Below are positions 22,249 to 33,449 of a stretch of 48,728 nucleotides of DNA, one piece after another. The notes below the pieces were generated by a model. The model did no database searches, had not been told where the DNA came from, and saw only the letters and a program-made list of their open reading frames with translations. The stretch spans positions 1,122,522 to 1,171,249 of the forward strand of contig JADJRG010000022.1 in NCBI GenBank assembly GCA_016712315.1. Direction: 5' to 3'. This stretch comes from Nannocystis sp. GTDB taxonomy: Bacteria; Myxococcota_A; Polyangia; Nannocystales; Nannocystaceae. The position numbers were made by a program, and so were the translations under genes. The stretch's first letter is position 1, and each line of letters opens with the position of its first letter.

Positions 22249-23152
22249 TCATGCCCTGCTTCGTCGACATCTTGCCGGTCCGCCAGCACGCCTCCATGTC
22301 ATCGAGGTCGTGGTAGAACAGGTCAAAGCCGCCCGCCTGCAGCCCGTAGTATTTTCCGTCGTAGGGCATGTCGCGCAGCCAAAACACCTCGACGAGCGCC
22401 GTCCTGCCGGCGTAGCGCAGCATCAGCACGTCCTCTGTCGCGGGGCACACGTTCGAGGGCAACGAAGCCAAGCCCAGCGTCAGCTCGCTCTCTTGAAACA
22501 TGTCGACGAAGCCGACGGGCACCCCGCTGAGCACGAACGCGTTCTCCCCCCAGCTCTTGCCCTCGCCGCGATCGCCCACCAGCAGCTCCGAGAAGCTGAT
22601 CCCGAGCGCCGCGATCCCCAACGAGTACGGCCCCGAATCGTCCTCTACCGCCCCGCGCTGCGAGCTCCAACCGAAGTCGCCCCCCGCCATGGCTACCGAG
22701 CGGCCCACCAGCGTCCAGCCGCCGCCGACCACATCCATGTCGCAATAAAGATCCACCGTCTGCGCCCGGCCCTCCACGTCGACCCGATAGATCCCCGAAG
22801 GCAGCGCCGGATCCGTCTTGTGCGCCTCCTTGCACGAGAACACCCCGGGGAGATACGGCGGCTCCTCTGCCGAGCCGCTCGTGCCGCTCGTGTCGCTCGT
22901 GTCGCTCGTGTCGCTCGTGACGCTCGTGACGCCCGTATAGCTCGTATCCAGCGTCATCGCCCCCGTCGAGCTCGCCCCCGTCGAGCTCGTCGTCGATGTC
23001 GTCACCCCCGTCGTCGTCTCGGCTGCCGACGTCGAGCCGCCGGTCGACGACTCCCCGCTCATCGTCTCGCCGCCGCCTTTGTCCGAAAACAGCGGATTGT
23101 CGACCAGACACCCGGCGGCGAGCACCCCTATCAGCACGACCAAGCGCCCCAT
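22235..23152 (-). CDS. Lipoprotein with a Ser/Thr-rich linker and a C-terminal fibrinogen-related (FReD-like) domain
   Basis: It has a lipobox (VLAAGC) and an S/T/G-rich linker. The hallmark fibrinogen C-domain segment GIYRVDVEGRAQTVDLYCDMDVVGGGWTLVGRS matches the consensus ...VYCDMTTDGGGWTV.... Confidence 0.6.
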   Translation of the reverse strand: MGRLVVLIGVLAAGCLVDNPLFSDKGGGETMSGESSTGGSTSAAETTTGVTTSTTSSTGASSTGAMTLDTSYTGVTSVTSDTSDTSDTSGTSGSAEEPPYLPGVFSCKEAHKTDPALPSGIYRVDVEGRAQTVDLYCDMDVVGGGWTLVGRSVAMAGGDFGWSSQRGAVEDDSGPYSLGIAALGISFSELLVGDRGEGKSWGENAFVLSGVPVGFVDMFQESELTLGLASLPSNVCPATEDVLMLRYAGRTALVEVFWLRDMPYDGKYYGLQAGGFDLFYHDLDDMEACWRTGKMSTKQGMIMVR

Positions 23153-23319
23153 AAAAACCCTGACCCCGCCACTCTAGAGCATCCTCTCCGGCCAGGCGAG
23201 GACCTCCACGCGGATCCTATTAAAACCCGCAAATCGCCTCGTCTCACCCTCCTCCGCGCCGGACCGCGACGAGATAATCGGTGTTCATATCACAATTTAA
23301 TCACCGCTCAATTTCGAGC

Positions 23320-23348
23320 TTGCATCTCTTCGTGCACCTTCCTAGGGT
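23320..23348 (+). promoter_or_regulatory. Candidate sigma70-like promoter TTGCAT-17 nt-TAGGGT; the peptidoglycan hydrolase gene carries a strong SD (AAGGAAGGA)
   Basis: The hexamers and spacing were read from an AT-rich intergenic region. The Shine-Dalgarno sits 8 nt before the ATG at 23403. Confidence 0.3.
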
Positions 23349-23402
23349 CATGTCGCGTCGTCAGGCGCCCCTCTCTCGGTCAGTTCAAGGAAGGACCTCA
23401 CC

Positions 23403-25094
<1,692 letters not shown>

Positions 25095-25168
25095 TCCGCG
25101 CCCGCCGCGACGAGCAGAGAGGGTCTGGCGCCGCCAGGCCCTCTTTTTTTATCGCTCCGCCCGACGCC

Positions 25169-26116
25169 TCAAGACCTGTCTTCACGGACAGATCCCGCGT
25201 CCTCGACGCGGCGCACGAACGCCTCGATGATCCCGTTCACCACCCCCGGGATCTCACGATGCGCCCAATGGTTCGCCTCCACGTAGTGCGCCTCCAACGC
25301 CTGCGTGTGCGCCCGCAGGTTGTCGTAGAGCGCGGGCATCAGCGCGAAGTCGCGGCTCGGCGCGATCAGGCACGTCGGCGCCGAGATCGTCGGCAGCCGC
25401 GGCCGCACCACCGAGAGATTCTCGCGGTACAGCCCCAACATCCCGATCCCCGCCGACAAGATCACCTCTCGCGTCGCCGCCAGCTCTGGATCCTCGCGCG
25501 GCACCCCGCCGCCGCGGTGCACCCGCCGCCACAGCGCCTCCGGCCAGCGCCGCCACAGCGCCTCCGCCAGCCCCGGGATCTGGAACGCCAGCATGTACCA
25601 AGACCGCCGGAGCTGCCCCGCGAAGAAGCGCAGCTCCGCCGCCTCCCCGCTGCGCAGCGCCGCCCGCAGCCGCGCCATCATCAGCGCCGGGTGCGGCCCC
25701 GCGATCGTCACCACCGAACGCAGCCGCGCCGCCCGCCGCGGATCGCTCGCAAAACACAGCGCCAGCGCGCCGCCCCAGTCGTGCCCGATCAAATGAACCC
25801 GCGCCTCGGCCCCCCACGCCGCGTCGATCACCGCCTCGAGATCCGCCAACAGCGCCTCGATACGCAGACGACCCCGCCCCACCACCCCGCGCGACTCACC
25901 CACCCCCGGCAGATCAAACGCCGCCACCGACCGCGCGCGGCCGAAGGCCTCGAGCTGAGGCGACCATGTCGCCCTCGTATCGGGATAACCGTGGACAAAG
26001 AGCAATGGAGACCTCTCACCGGCATCATCCGCAGAGCGAGGCGTCTTCACCCCTCGTAAGGTGATCCCGCCGCTCTCCACCGTGAGCGTCTCCATCAGGG
26101 TCGTGTTCGCGTGCAT
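25169..26116 (-). CDS. Alpha/beta hydrolase of the epoxide-hydrolase/haloalkane-dehalogenase-like class
   Basis: It has the HGxP motif (VHGYPDTRATW) and an Asp-nucleophile elbow (HLIGHDWGG). The start is uncertain: ATG codons at 26200, 26116 and 26095 are all possible. Confidence 0.7.
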   Translation of the reverse strand: MHANTTLMETLTVESGGITLRGVKTPRSADDAGERSPLLFVHGYPDTRATWSPQLEAFGRARSVAAFDLPGVGESRGVVGRGRLRIEALLADLEAVIDAAWGAEARVHLIGHDWGGALALCFASDPRRAARLRSVVTIAGPHPALMMARLRAALRSGEAAELRFFAGQLRRSWYMLAFQIPGLAEALWRRWPEALWRRVHRGGGVPREDPELAATREVILSAGIGMLGLYRENLSVVRPRLPTISAPTCLIAPSRDFALMPALYDNLRAHTQALEAHYVEANHWAHREIPGVVNGIIEAFVRRVEDAGSVREDRS

Positions 26117-26250
26117 TCCTGATCCTATCGCCATGCCCGCCGCAAAAACTGCTCGTATTCTGGTTAGTTGCGGACAAACCCCAAAAATCTTCGCTGGCAC
26201 ACTCCCCTCTGCTCACCGTACAACGAAGAGACCTCTTCAACGTAAGTCTC

Positions 26251-27105
26251 TTGATGTTTGAACACCGAACACCTGCGGTCGCAGGCCGCTTCTACCCCCG
26301 CGATCCCGCCCTGCTCGGCGCCCTCGTGGGTCGTTGTACCGCCACCGAGCGGCCATCTCGACCCGCCCACGCCATCATCGCCCCGCACGCCGGCTACGAC
26401 TACAGCGGAGGGATCTCCGGCCAGACCTGGGCGGCTGTGCACGTACCGAGACGCGTCGTCCTGCTCTGCCCCAACCACACGGGCAGCGGCGCGCGGCGCG
26501 CGATCTGGCCCTCGGGTCGTTGGTCCATCCCTGGAGGCGCGCTCGAGATCGACAAAGAGCTCGCCGCGCGCCTCATCGACCGCTGCGGGCTCACCCCGGA
26601 CGCCGAAGCGCACCGAGCCGAGCACGGCATCGAGGTCCACCTGCCCTTCCTCCACACGCGCCGACCAGACGCCACGATCGTCCCGATCTGCCTCGGCAGC
26701 CACTCCCTCGACGAATGTATGAAGCTCAGCGCCGGCGTCGCCGAGGTCCTCGCCACCTTCGACGAGCCGATCCTCCTGGTCGCCAGCAGCGACATGTCCC
26801 ACTACCACAGCGCCGACGAGGCCCGCGCCTACGACGACCTCGCCATCGACCGCCTGCTCGCCCTCGACCCCGCCGGCCTCTACCGGCTCGTCCGCGCCCG
26901 TCAGATCCACATGTGCGGCCTGATCCCCGCCGTCATCGCCCTCCAGGCCAGCCGCCTGCGCGGCGCCGACGCCACCCGCCTCATCGGCTACAGCCACTCC
27001 GGCGAGATCAGCGGCGAGCGCCAGCGAGTCATCGGCTACGCCGGCGTCGTCATCACCGCCAACGAGCCCCGCGCCCGCAACAATAATTTAGGGCCGAATC
27101 CTTAA
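26251..27105 (+). CDS. MEMO1-family protein (AmmeMemoRadiSam system protein B homologue)
   Basis: It has the N-terminal PAVAGRFYP, then IIAPHAGYDYSG, VVLLCPNH and SSDMSHYH. The length of 284 aa is typical. Confidence 0.8.
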   Translation: MMFEHRTPAVAGRFYPRDPALLGALVGRCTATERPSRPAHAIIAPHAGYDYSGGISGQTWAAVHVPRRVVLLCPNHTGSGARRAIWPSGRWSIPGGALEIDKELAARLIDRCGLTPDAEAHRAEHGIEVHLPFLHTRRPDATIVPICLGSHSLDECMKLSAGVAEVLATFDEPILLVASSDMSHYHSADEARAYDDLAIDRLLALDPAGLYRLVRARQIHMCGLIPAVIALQASRLRGADATRLIGYSHSGEISGERQRVIGYAGVVITANEPRARNNNLGPNP

Positions 27106-27144
27106 AAATGCCGCCGAGCGGCGAACGGCGCTAGCGTCCACCTC

Positions 27145-27921
27145 ATGACCAGCGCCCTCTTCGACCTCCGCGGCCACGTCGCGGTGATCACCGGATCCAG
27201 CCGCGGCATCGGCCGCGCGATCGCCGAGCAGCTCGCCCGCGCCGGCGCCCGCGTCGTCATCTCCAGCCGCAAACCCGAGGCCGTCGAGGCCGTCGCCGCC
27301 GCGATCCGGGCGGAAGGCCACGAGGCCCTCGCCATCCCCGCCAACATCTCGCGCAAAGAGGACCTCGATCACCTCGTCGACGCCACCCTCGCCGCCTGGG
27401 GCCGGATCGACTGCCTCGTCTGCAACGCCGCCTCCAACCCCTACTTTGGGCCGATGGCCGGCCTCGGCGACGAGGTCTTCGACAAGATCATGCGCAACAA
27501 CGTGCTCGCCAACCTCTGGCTGTGCAACCGCGTCGCCCCTGGCATGGCCGAGCGCGGCGGCGGCAGCATCATCGTCGTCTCGAGCATCGGCGGCCTGCGC
27601 GGCGATCCCTACCTCGGCGCCTACAACATCTCCAAAGCCGCCGACATGCAGCTCGTCCGCAACCTCGCCGTCGAGTGGGGCGGCCGCGGCGTCCGGGCCA
27701 ACACCATCGCCCCCGGCCTTATAAAGACCGACTTCGCCCGCGCCTTGTGGGAGAGCCCCGCCTTGCGCGAGAAGGTCGAGCGCGCCACCCCGCTCGCCCG
27801 GATCGGCGAACCAGACGACATCGGCGGGATCGCCGTCTTCCTCGCCTCCCGCGCCGCCGCGTTCATCACCGGCCAAGTCATCGTCGCCGACGGAGGCGTC
27901 ACCGCCGGCGCCGCGTGGTGA
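27145..27921 (+). CDS. SDR-family oxidoreductase
   Basis: It has TGSSRGIGRAIA (cofactor site), NAASNP and the catalytic YNISKAA (YxxxK). Confidence 0.9.
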   Translation: MTSALFDLRGHVAVITGSSRGIGRAIAEQLARAGARVVISSRKPEAVEAVAAAIRAEGHEALAIPANISRKEDLDHLVDATLAAWGRIDCLVCNAASNPYFGPMAGLGDEVFDKIMRNNVLANLWLCNRVAPGMAERGGGSIIVVSSIGGLRGDPYLGAYNISKAADMQLVRNLAVEWGGRGVRANTIAPGLIKTDFARALWESPALREKVERATPLARIGEPDDIGGIAVFLASRAAAFITGQVIVADGGVTAGAAW

Positions 27922-27940
27922 CGCCCATCCACGAGCCCCC

Positions 27941-28750
27941 ATGAGCGCCCCCAGCGAGCCCGCCGCCGTCCGCAGCGAAGCGCGCGGCCCCGTCACCGTC
28001 ATCCACCTCCACCGACCTCACGTAAAAAACGCCGTCGACGGCCCCACCGCGGCCGCCCTGCTCGCCGCCTTCCGCGCCTTCGAGGCCGATCCATGCGCCC
28101 ACGTCGCCGTACTCCACGGCGAAGGGGGCACATTCTGCGCCGGCGCCGATCTCAAGGCGATCGCCAGCGGCGAGCGCATGAACGACGTCGATCCCGACGG
28201 ACCCGGCCCCATGGGCCCAACCCGCCTTTTTTTACAAAAGCCCGTCATCGCCGCGATCGCCGGCCACGCCGTCGCGGGCGGCCTCGAGCTCGCCCTCTGG
28301 TGCGACCTGCGCGTCGCCGAAGACACCGCCGTGCTCGGCGTCTTCTGCCGCCGCTTCGGCGTCCCGCTGATCGACGGCGGCACCGTCCGCCTGCCCCGCC
28401 TTATCGGCATGGGCCGCGCCCTCGACCTGATCCTCACCGGCCGCCCCGTGCCCGCCGACGAGGCCCTGCGGATCGGCCTCATCGATCGGATCTGTCCCCC
28501 CGGACAGGCGCTACTCACCGCCGAGGCCCTCGCCCGCGTCATCGCCGCGCACCCTCAAGCGTGCATGCGCGCCGATCGCCGCGCCGCCTACCGCCAGTGG
28601 GAGATCGAGCGCACCGACGACGCCCTGCGCGAAGAGGGGCGCGGCGGCCTCGCCGTCCTGGAGCGCGAGTCTGTGATCGGCGCTCGCCGCTTCGCCGCCG
28701 GCGAAGGGCGCGCAGGCGAGCCTCTACGCGACCCTGAAGAGGACCCCTGA
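27941..28750 (+). CDS. Enoyl-CoA hydratase/isomerase (crotonase) family protein
   Basis: The crotonase fold motifs are FCAGADLKA, IAAIAGHAVAGGLELAL and PLIDGGTVRLPRLIG. Confidence 0.85.
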   Translation: MSAPSEPAAVRSEARGPVTVIHLHRPHVKNAVDGPTAAALLAAFRAFEADPCAHVAVLHGEGGTFCAGADLKAIASGERMNDVDPDGPGPMGPTRLFLQKPVIAAIAGHAVAGGLELALWCDLRVAEDTAVLGVFCRRFGVPLIDGGTVRLPRLIGMGRALDLILTGRPVPADEALRIGLIDRICPPGQALLTAEALARVIAAHPQACMRADRRAAYRQWEIERTDDALREEGRGGLAVLERESVIGARRFAAGEGRAGEPLRDPEEDP

Positions 28751-28826
28751 TCGACGCACCTCCGCAGCACTTGCGCGGCTGACCTGGCGATCGCCGGCCT
28801 ACCCTCGCCAGGCCTGGAGCGCCCCT

Positions 28827-30314
28827 ATGTCCCTCGAAGAGACCGAGATCAACGAAGCCCTCGCCGAGATCCAACGAGACCCCCTCGCCGCCCTCGATCG
28901 GCTGCCCCCCAAGCAGCACCTCCGCGGCGCCGCAGCCCCTGCCCTCTTCAGCGCCGACGACGTCGCCCAAGGCCGCCATATTGAAGGCCGCGACCTGCTC
29001 CGCCAGCGCCACACCATGCTCGACAACGGCGTCGTCATCCGCCTCGCTGAGGTCCTCCCCGGCCGCGCCCCCTACGAGCAGCACGATCGCGCCGAGAACC
29101 TCGTCGATCGCCTCGAGCACCGCGACCTGCGCGCGATGGAGGCCGCCGGCCTGCGCGAGTCCAGCCTCGACGAGTCCCCCTGGTCCGACGACTATTGGGG
29201 GATCTACCGCGGCGTACTCGGCTGCCGGTACGCCGATCCGCGCTTCCCCAGCGACGCCGACTGGGCCAAGAACCACGCCTACGTCCGCGATCGCCCCGCC
29301 CTCGAGATCGCCGCCACCGGCGATCTCGACGCCATCGATCGCCTCGCCCCCGCCGAGAAGTACGACCTGCTCGTCGGCGACCCCCAAGGCACCCTCACCG
29401 CCCGCATGTGGCAAGAGGGCCGCGCCTACTACGAGCGCGACGGCAAGGTCGAGCGCTGGATGGGGATCTGCCACGGCTGGGCCCCCGCCGCGTACATGCT
29501 GCCGCGCCCGCGGCGCGCCGTCACCGCGCTCGCCGCCGACGGCCACACCCGCCTCCGCTTCTACCCCTCCGACATCAAGGGCCTCGCCTCCCTCTTATGG
29601 GCCAACACCAGCGCCGTCTCCCGCTTCATCGGCGGCCGCTGCAACGACAAAGATCCCGCGCGCGACGAGATCGGCCGCATGAGCTCCTCGCGCTGCTTCG
29701 ACACCAACCCCGGCACCTGGCACCTCGCGATCGTCAACCAGATCGGCGTCGCTCGCCGCTCCTTCGTCCTCGACGCGACCTTTGATTACGAGGTCTGGAA
29801 CCAGCCCGCCCACGCCTACAGCTACCGCACCTTCAACCCGCTCGAGTACCGCTACGCCAGCGATCTCAGCCGCGCGATCGTCCCGATCGACCAGTTCCCC
29901 CCGGAGCGAGATCGCTTCCGCCGCTACCGCGGCGCGAACGTCGCCGCGATCGTCGGCGTCGTCATGGAGGTCGACTACGTCGTCGAGACCGCCCCCAGCC
30001 ACGACACCGAGGACGACCCCAGCCGCGACGGCATCACCCGCGTCCGCTACATCTACGACCTCGAGCTCGACCCCGCCGGCGCGATCCTCGGCGGCGAGTG
30101 GTACCAGAACCGCCACCCTGACTTCCTCTGGACCCCCCCGCCCGGCGCCCGCGCCCGCACCGCCGCCGACGCCTACGCCACCGGCGACTGGCTCGAAGGA
30201 CAGGTCATTCCGGGCACCTGGCGCAGCGCCGCCCTCCGCGCCGCTGAGGCCTACGGCGGCGCCGCCCCCCTCGCCCGGATCGTCGAGCGCCTCATCGAGC
30301 TCGCCCGCGCCTGA
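28827..30314 (+). CDS. Hypothetical protein with a transglutaminase-like Cys-His-Asp core signature
   Basis: The 495-aa ORF has no signal peptide. GICHGWA fits the transglutaminase-core pattern G-x-C-x-x-[FWY]-A. Downstream, WHLAIVNQIG...VLDATFD gives candidate His and Asp residues. Its stop lies 1 nt before the start of the C11 peptidase gene. Confidence 0.6.
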   Translation: MSLEETEINEALAEIQRDPLAALDRLPPKQHLRGAAAPALFSADDVAQGRHIEGRDLLRQRHTMLDNGVVIRLAEVLPGRAPYEQHDRAENLVDRLEHRDLRAMEAAGLRESSLDESPWSDDYWGIYRGVLGCRYADPRFPSDADWAKNHAYVRDRPALEIAATGDLDAIDRLAPAEKYDLLVGDPQGTLTARMWQEGRAYYERDGKVERWMGICHGWAPAAYMLPRPRRAVTALAADGHTRLRFYPSDIKGLASLLWANTSAVSRFIGGRCNDKDPARDEIGRMSSSRCFDTNPGTWHLAIVNQIGVARRSFVLDATFDYEVWNQPAHAYSYRTFNPLEYRYASDLSRAIVPIDQFPPERDRFRRYRGANVAAIVGVVMEVDYVVETAPSHDTEDDPSRDGITRVRYIYDLELDPAGAILGGEWYQNRHPDFLWTPPPGARARTAADAYATGDWLEGQVIPGTWRSAALRAAEAYGGAAPLARIVERLIELARA

Positions 30315-30315
30315 C

Positions 30316-31871
30316 ATGCGCGCCTTCGCCCTCCTCGCCGCCGCCCTCCTCCTCGCCGCCTGTCCGTGGCCGCTCCCGTCCGCGCGCCCTCCGAGCGCGG
30401 ACGGCCCCGCCGCCCTGCCCGCCTGCGCCCTCGCCTGGGCCGATCTGCCCGCCCACGCCCGCGCCCCCCAGCCCGGCGACTACGACGGGTACTACAGATC
30501 TGTCCAACGGGACATGTGTAAAAAGCCATGGACCGTGCTCCTCTACATGGCCGCGGACAACCAGGACCTGCCCCTGCACGCCTACTGGAACCTCCGCGAC
30601 CTCGAGACCGCCGCCGGCGCCGCCTCCAGCGATCACCACGACATCATCGTCCACCTTGATCTTCCCGGCCCCAGCGGCCTGCGGCGCCTCCACATCTTCA
30701 ACGACCCCGGCGCGCCCGCCCCCACCGCGACCGAGCTCGCAGGCGCCGCCCCCGACCTGCTCCGCTCCCCCGTCGTCGCCTTCGATCCCGACGAGTCCAC
30801 CCCGCCCGCCGACACCTTGCGAGAATTCGTCACCTGGGCCGCCCGCGCCTACCCCTCCGAGCGCCTCATGGTGATCCTCTGGGGCCACGGCCAAGGCTGG
30901 CGCCCCGCCCTCATCGAGCCCCCCGAGGCCCTGCGTTACCGCCCCGGCGGCTTCGTCGGCGGCATCGCCTTTGACCACGGCGAAGGCACCGTGCTCGACA
31001 TCCCCAGCCTTCACAGCGCCCTCGCCGCCCTACCCCGCCCCGTCGACGTGCTCGCCGCCGACGCCTGCCTCATGCAGACCGTCGAGGTCGGCCTCGAGCT
31101 GCAAAGCGTCGCTCGTTACCTCGTTGGGTACCCACAGATCGCCCCCTACCCCGGCCTCCCCTACAGCCTCCTCCTGCCCGCCTTCACCGCTCCGGCCCTC
31201 GGCGCCAGCGCCTGCCCGCCCCTCGACGACGCCTGCCAGCTCGCCGAGCGGATCCCCGCGATCTACGGCCGAGCCGTCGACGCCGGCCACTACGCCCTAC
31301 GCGCCCCTGACGACGCCATCGAGCGCACCTACGTGATCAGCGTCGTCGCCACCCAGCCCCTCGGCGAGCGCCTCGCCCCCGCCCTCCACGATCTAGGAGC
31401 CGCCCTCGACGCCTGGCGCCTCGCCGATCCGCTCCGCGCCATCGACCTGCAAGCCTTGCTCGCCCCAGGCGGCCTCCCTGGCTTCCTCGGCGGCACCCGC
31501 GATCTCGGCGTCTTCGCCGCTGGCCTCCGCCACCTGCTCGCCCGGGAGCGATCTCGCGCCCCCGCCGATCCACCCAGCCCCGCCAGCGTTCAGCTCGGCG
31601 CCGCCCTCGATCGCCTCGACGCCGCCCTGCTCGCCACCGTGCTCGCCCGCAGCCTCGGCGACAGCTACCGCAGCGACCCCCCTACCCAGGCCTCGCCGTA
31701 CCGGGCGGCCTCGCTGGCCTCGCCGTCTGGTTGCCGCGCGACGAAGGCGAGCTGCGCACCATCCTCCCGCGCTACCAGAGCGCCCCGCTCTTCGCCCGCA
31801 CCGGGGCCGCCGCCGAGCCCACCCCTTGGGAGCGCTGGCTGCTCGGCGTCTACGCGGCGCCGCCCGAGTAG
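30316..31871 (+). CDS. Clostripain-like (peptidase C11) cysteine peptidase lipoprotein, with an apparent frameshift near 31676
   Basis: It has a lipobox (LLLAAC). The C11 motifs are YMAADNQD, MVILWGHGQGW (catalytic His) and LAADACLMQ (catalytic Cys). After the C6 run at 31676-31681 the protein-like reading (…VWLPRDEGELRTILPRYQSAPLF…PWERWLLGVYAAPPE*) moves to the +2 frame and ends at 31871. Confidence 0.7.
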
Positions 31872-31880
31872 CGCCCTCGC

Positions 31881-33125
31881 TCACGGCAGCGCGCAGTAGC
31901 TCGGCATGCTCGGCGGCAGCCCGCCCGCGTACGGCGGCGGCTGCTCGCCGAACGGGTGATCTGCCAAGAACTGCCGCGCCGCCGGCACCGCCGCCACCGG
32001 GATCACGTGCCCCATGTTGTGGTTACACACGAAGCCGAAGCTCCCTTGCTTCTGCAAATAATCCAGATAGTTCGCGCTCGTCTTCGGGAACGACACCACC
32101 ACCACGTCCGAGGGCCCGCCGTGGAAGATCATCGCCGCGACCTTATTCGCCGGCGCGTCCCAGGGCGGCATCAAGCCGTCGAGCAGCCCGCCCGAGTACG
32201 GCACCACGCTCGCCACGTACGAAGAGCGGCGCACGCTCATCTGCGACGTATGCAGCCCGCCCGCGCTCAGCCCCATGCTGTGGATCCGCCGCACATCGAT
32301 CCCCACCTCTTGGATCGCGCACGCCAGCACCTCATCGGCCAGCAGCAGATCGTCCTCCTTCTCGGTCAGCACCAACCACCACGGCGAAGGCGCCGCCGCC
32401 GGATCCGCGTGCGGCGCCGCCACGATCCCGCCTGCCGCCGTCACCGCGTCGATCCCGGCCTGTCCGAGCCCCGTCAACGCCTCTGTCGGCGCGCTGCCGG
32501 TGCCGTGCCAATAAAAGACCACCGGCCCCTCCGCCTCGCTCGCCTTAGGATCGATCCACAGCCGCACCTTCCGCGGAGCGATCCCTTTGGGTGAGAACAT
32601 CACGTCGCCGCTGACGAACGACGGGCAAGGCGCGGTGGGCACCGGCAGCTCGCTCGGCACCGGCTCCTCGACCCCCATCGTGTCGCCCGACGTATCACCC
32701 GACGTATCACCCGTCGGATCACCCGTCGGATCGCCCGTCGTGCTCCCCGTCGTATCACCCGTCGGATCACCCGTCGTGCTCCCCGTCGGATCGCCCGTCG
32801 TCGTCGTCGGATCGCCCGTCGTCGTCGTCGGATCGCCCGTCGGATCCCCCGAAGTCTCGCCGCTGCTCCCGCTGCTGCTCGCCTCGCCAGAGCCCTCGCT
32901 GCTCCCCTCGGAGCTCGCGCCGGTGGCCTCGGAGTCGCCGCTGCTGTCATCACCGCAGGCGGAGCTCAGCGCGGCGGCGCTGGAGAGCGCCAAGAAGAGG
33001 GCCGTACGGGACAAGGAGGAGGGGAGCGCGCGTCGGGTCGGGATCACCGCCCCTGCGTAGCACGAAGCCGCGCGCTCTCGCGCGACAAAAGCGCCCCGCC
33101 CTCTACCGCCCCTGGGCTTGATCAC
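31881..33125 (-). CDS. Secreted esterase / PHB-depolymerase-like alpha/beta hydrolase lipoprotein with a (G-D-P-T)n linker
   Basis: It has a lipobox (LSSAC) and a long G/S/T/D/P linker with tandem GDPTG units. The hydrolase domain shows VVFYWHGTGS and the nucleophile elbow HSMGLSAGG. The true start may be an internal GTG, with the protein beginning VIPTRRALPSS and running into the lipobox (about 33047). Confidence 0.65.
   Translation of the reverse strand: MIKPRGGRGRGAFVARERAASCYAGAVIPTRRALPSSLSRTALFLALSSAAALSSACGDDSSGDSEATGASSEGSSEGSGEASSSGSSGETSGDPTGDPTTTTGDPTTTTGDPTGSTTGDPTGDTTGSTTGDPTGDPTGDTSGDTSGDTMGVEEPVPSELPVPTAPCPSFVSGDVMFSPKGIAPRKVRLWIDPKASEAEGPVVFYWHGTGSAPTEALTGLGQAGIDAVTAAGGIVAAPHADPAAAPSPWWLVLTEKEDDLLLADEVLACAIQEVGIDVRRIHSMGLSAGGLHTSQMSVRRSSYVASVVPYSGGLLDGLMPPWDAPANKVAAMIFHGGPSDVVVVSFPKTSANYLDYLQKQGSFGFVCNHNMGHVIPVAAVPAARQFLADHPFGEQPPPYAGGLPPSMPSYCALP
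32683..32850. repeat. Tandem 12-bp repeats (cccgtcggatca variants) encoding the GDPT linker
   Basis: Read directly from the sequence, within the esterase CDS. Confidence 0.6.
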
Positions 33126-33237
33126 GCCACGCGAGCATCAGCATGGTCCCGACCACCAAGAGCACCCCGAGGGCCCACATCCCCATCACCGAGACAAAGT
33201 CTGAGGTCGGCATCATAAAAACGTTAGCGACGGTCAT
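33103..33237 (-). CDS. Candidate small single-TM protein (44 aa)
   Basis: The ORF is MTVANVFMMPTSDFVSVMGMWALGVLLVVGTMLMLAWRDQAQGR. An AGGGAG Shine-Dalgarno sits 9 nt upstream of the ATG. It lies in a locally AT-richer segment. Its stop overlaps the annotated start of the esterase gene. Confidence 0.3.
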   Translation of the reverse strand: MTVANVFMMPTSDFVSVMGMWALGVLLVVGTMLMLAWRDQAQGR

Positions 33238-33449
33238 GGCACACACTCCCTCTGTTTCTACCGATCGCACGGAGCACGGAGCGGTCGCTGCCGCATCATC
33301 ACGGCGCCGCGCCCTCGTCCACCTCACGGCGTCACTCGCCGCTGCGTGCCCCCAGAATACGTCGCCTACGCGCCGACAGAAGCGAATGAAATGCAGCCCA
33401 CCACCGCCAGGCCCCCGCATTTCGTTCGTATCAGCCAGCTCACGATCTT

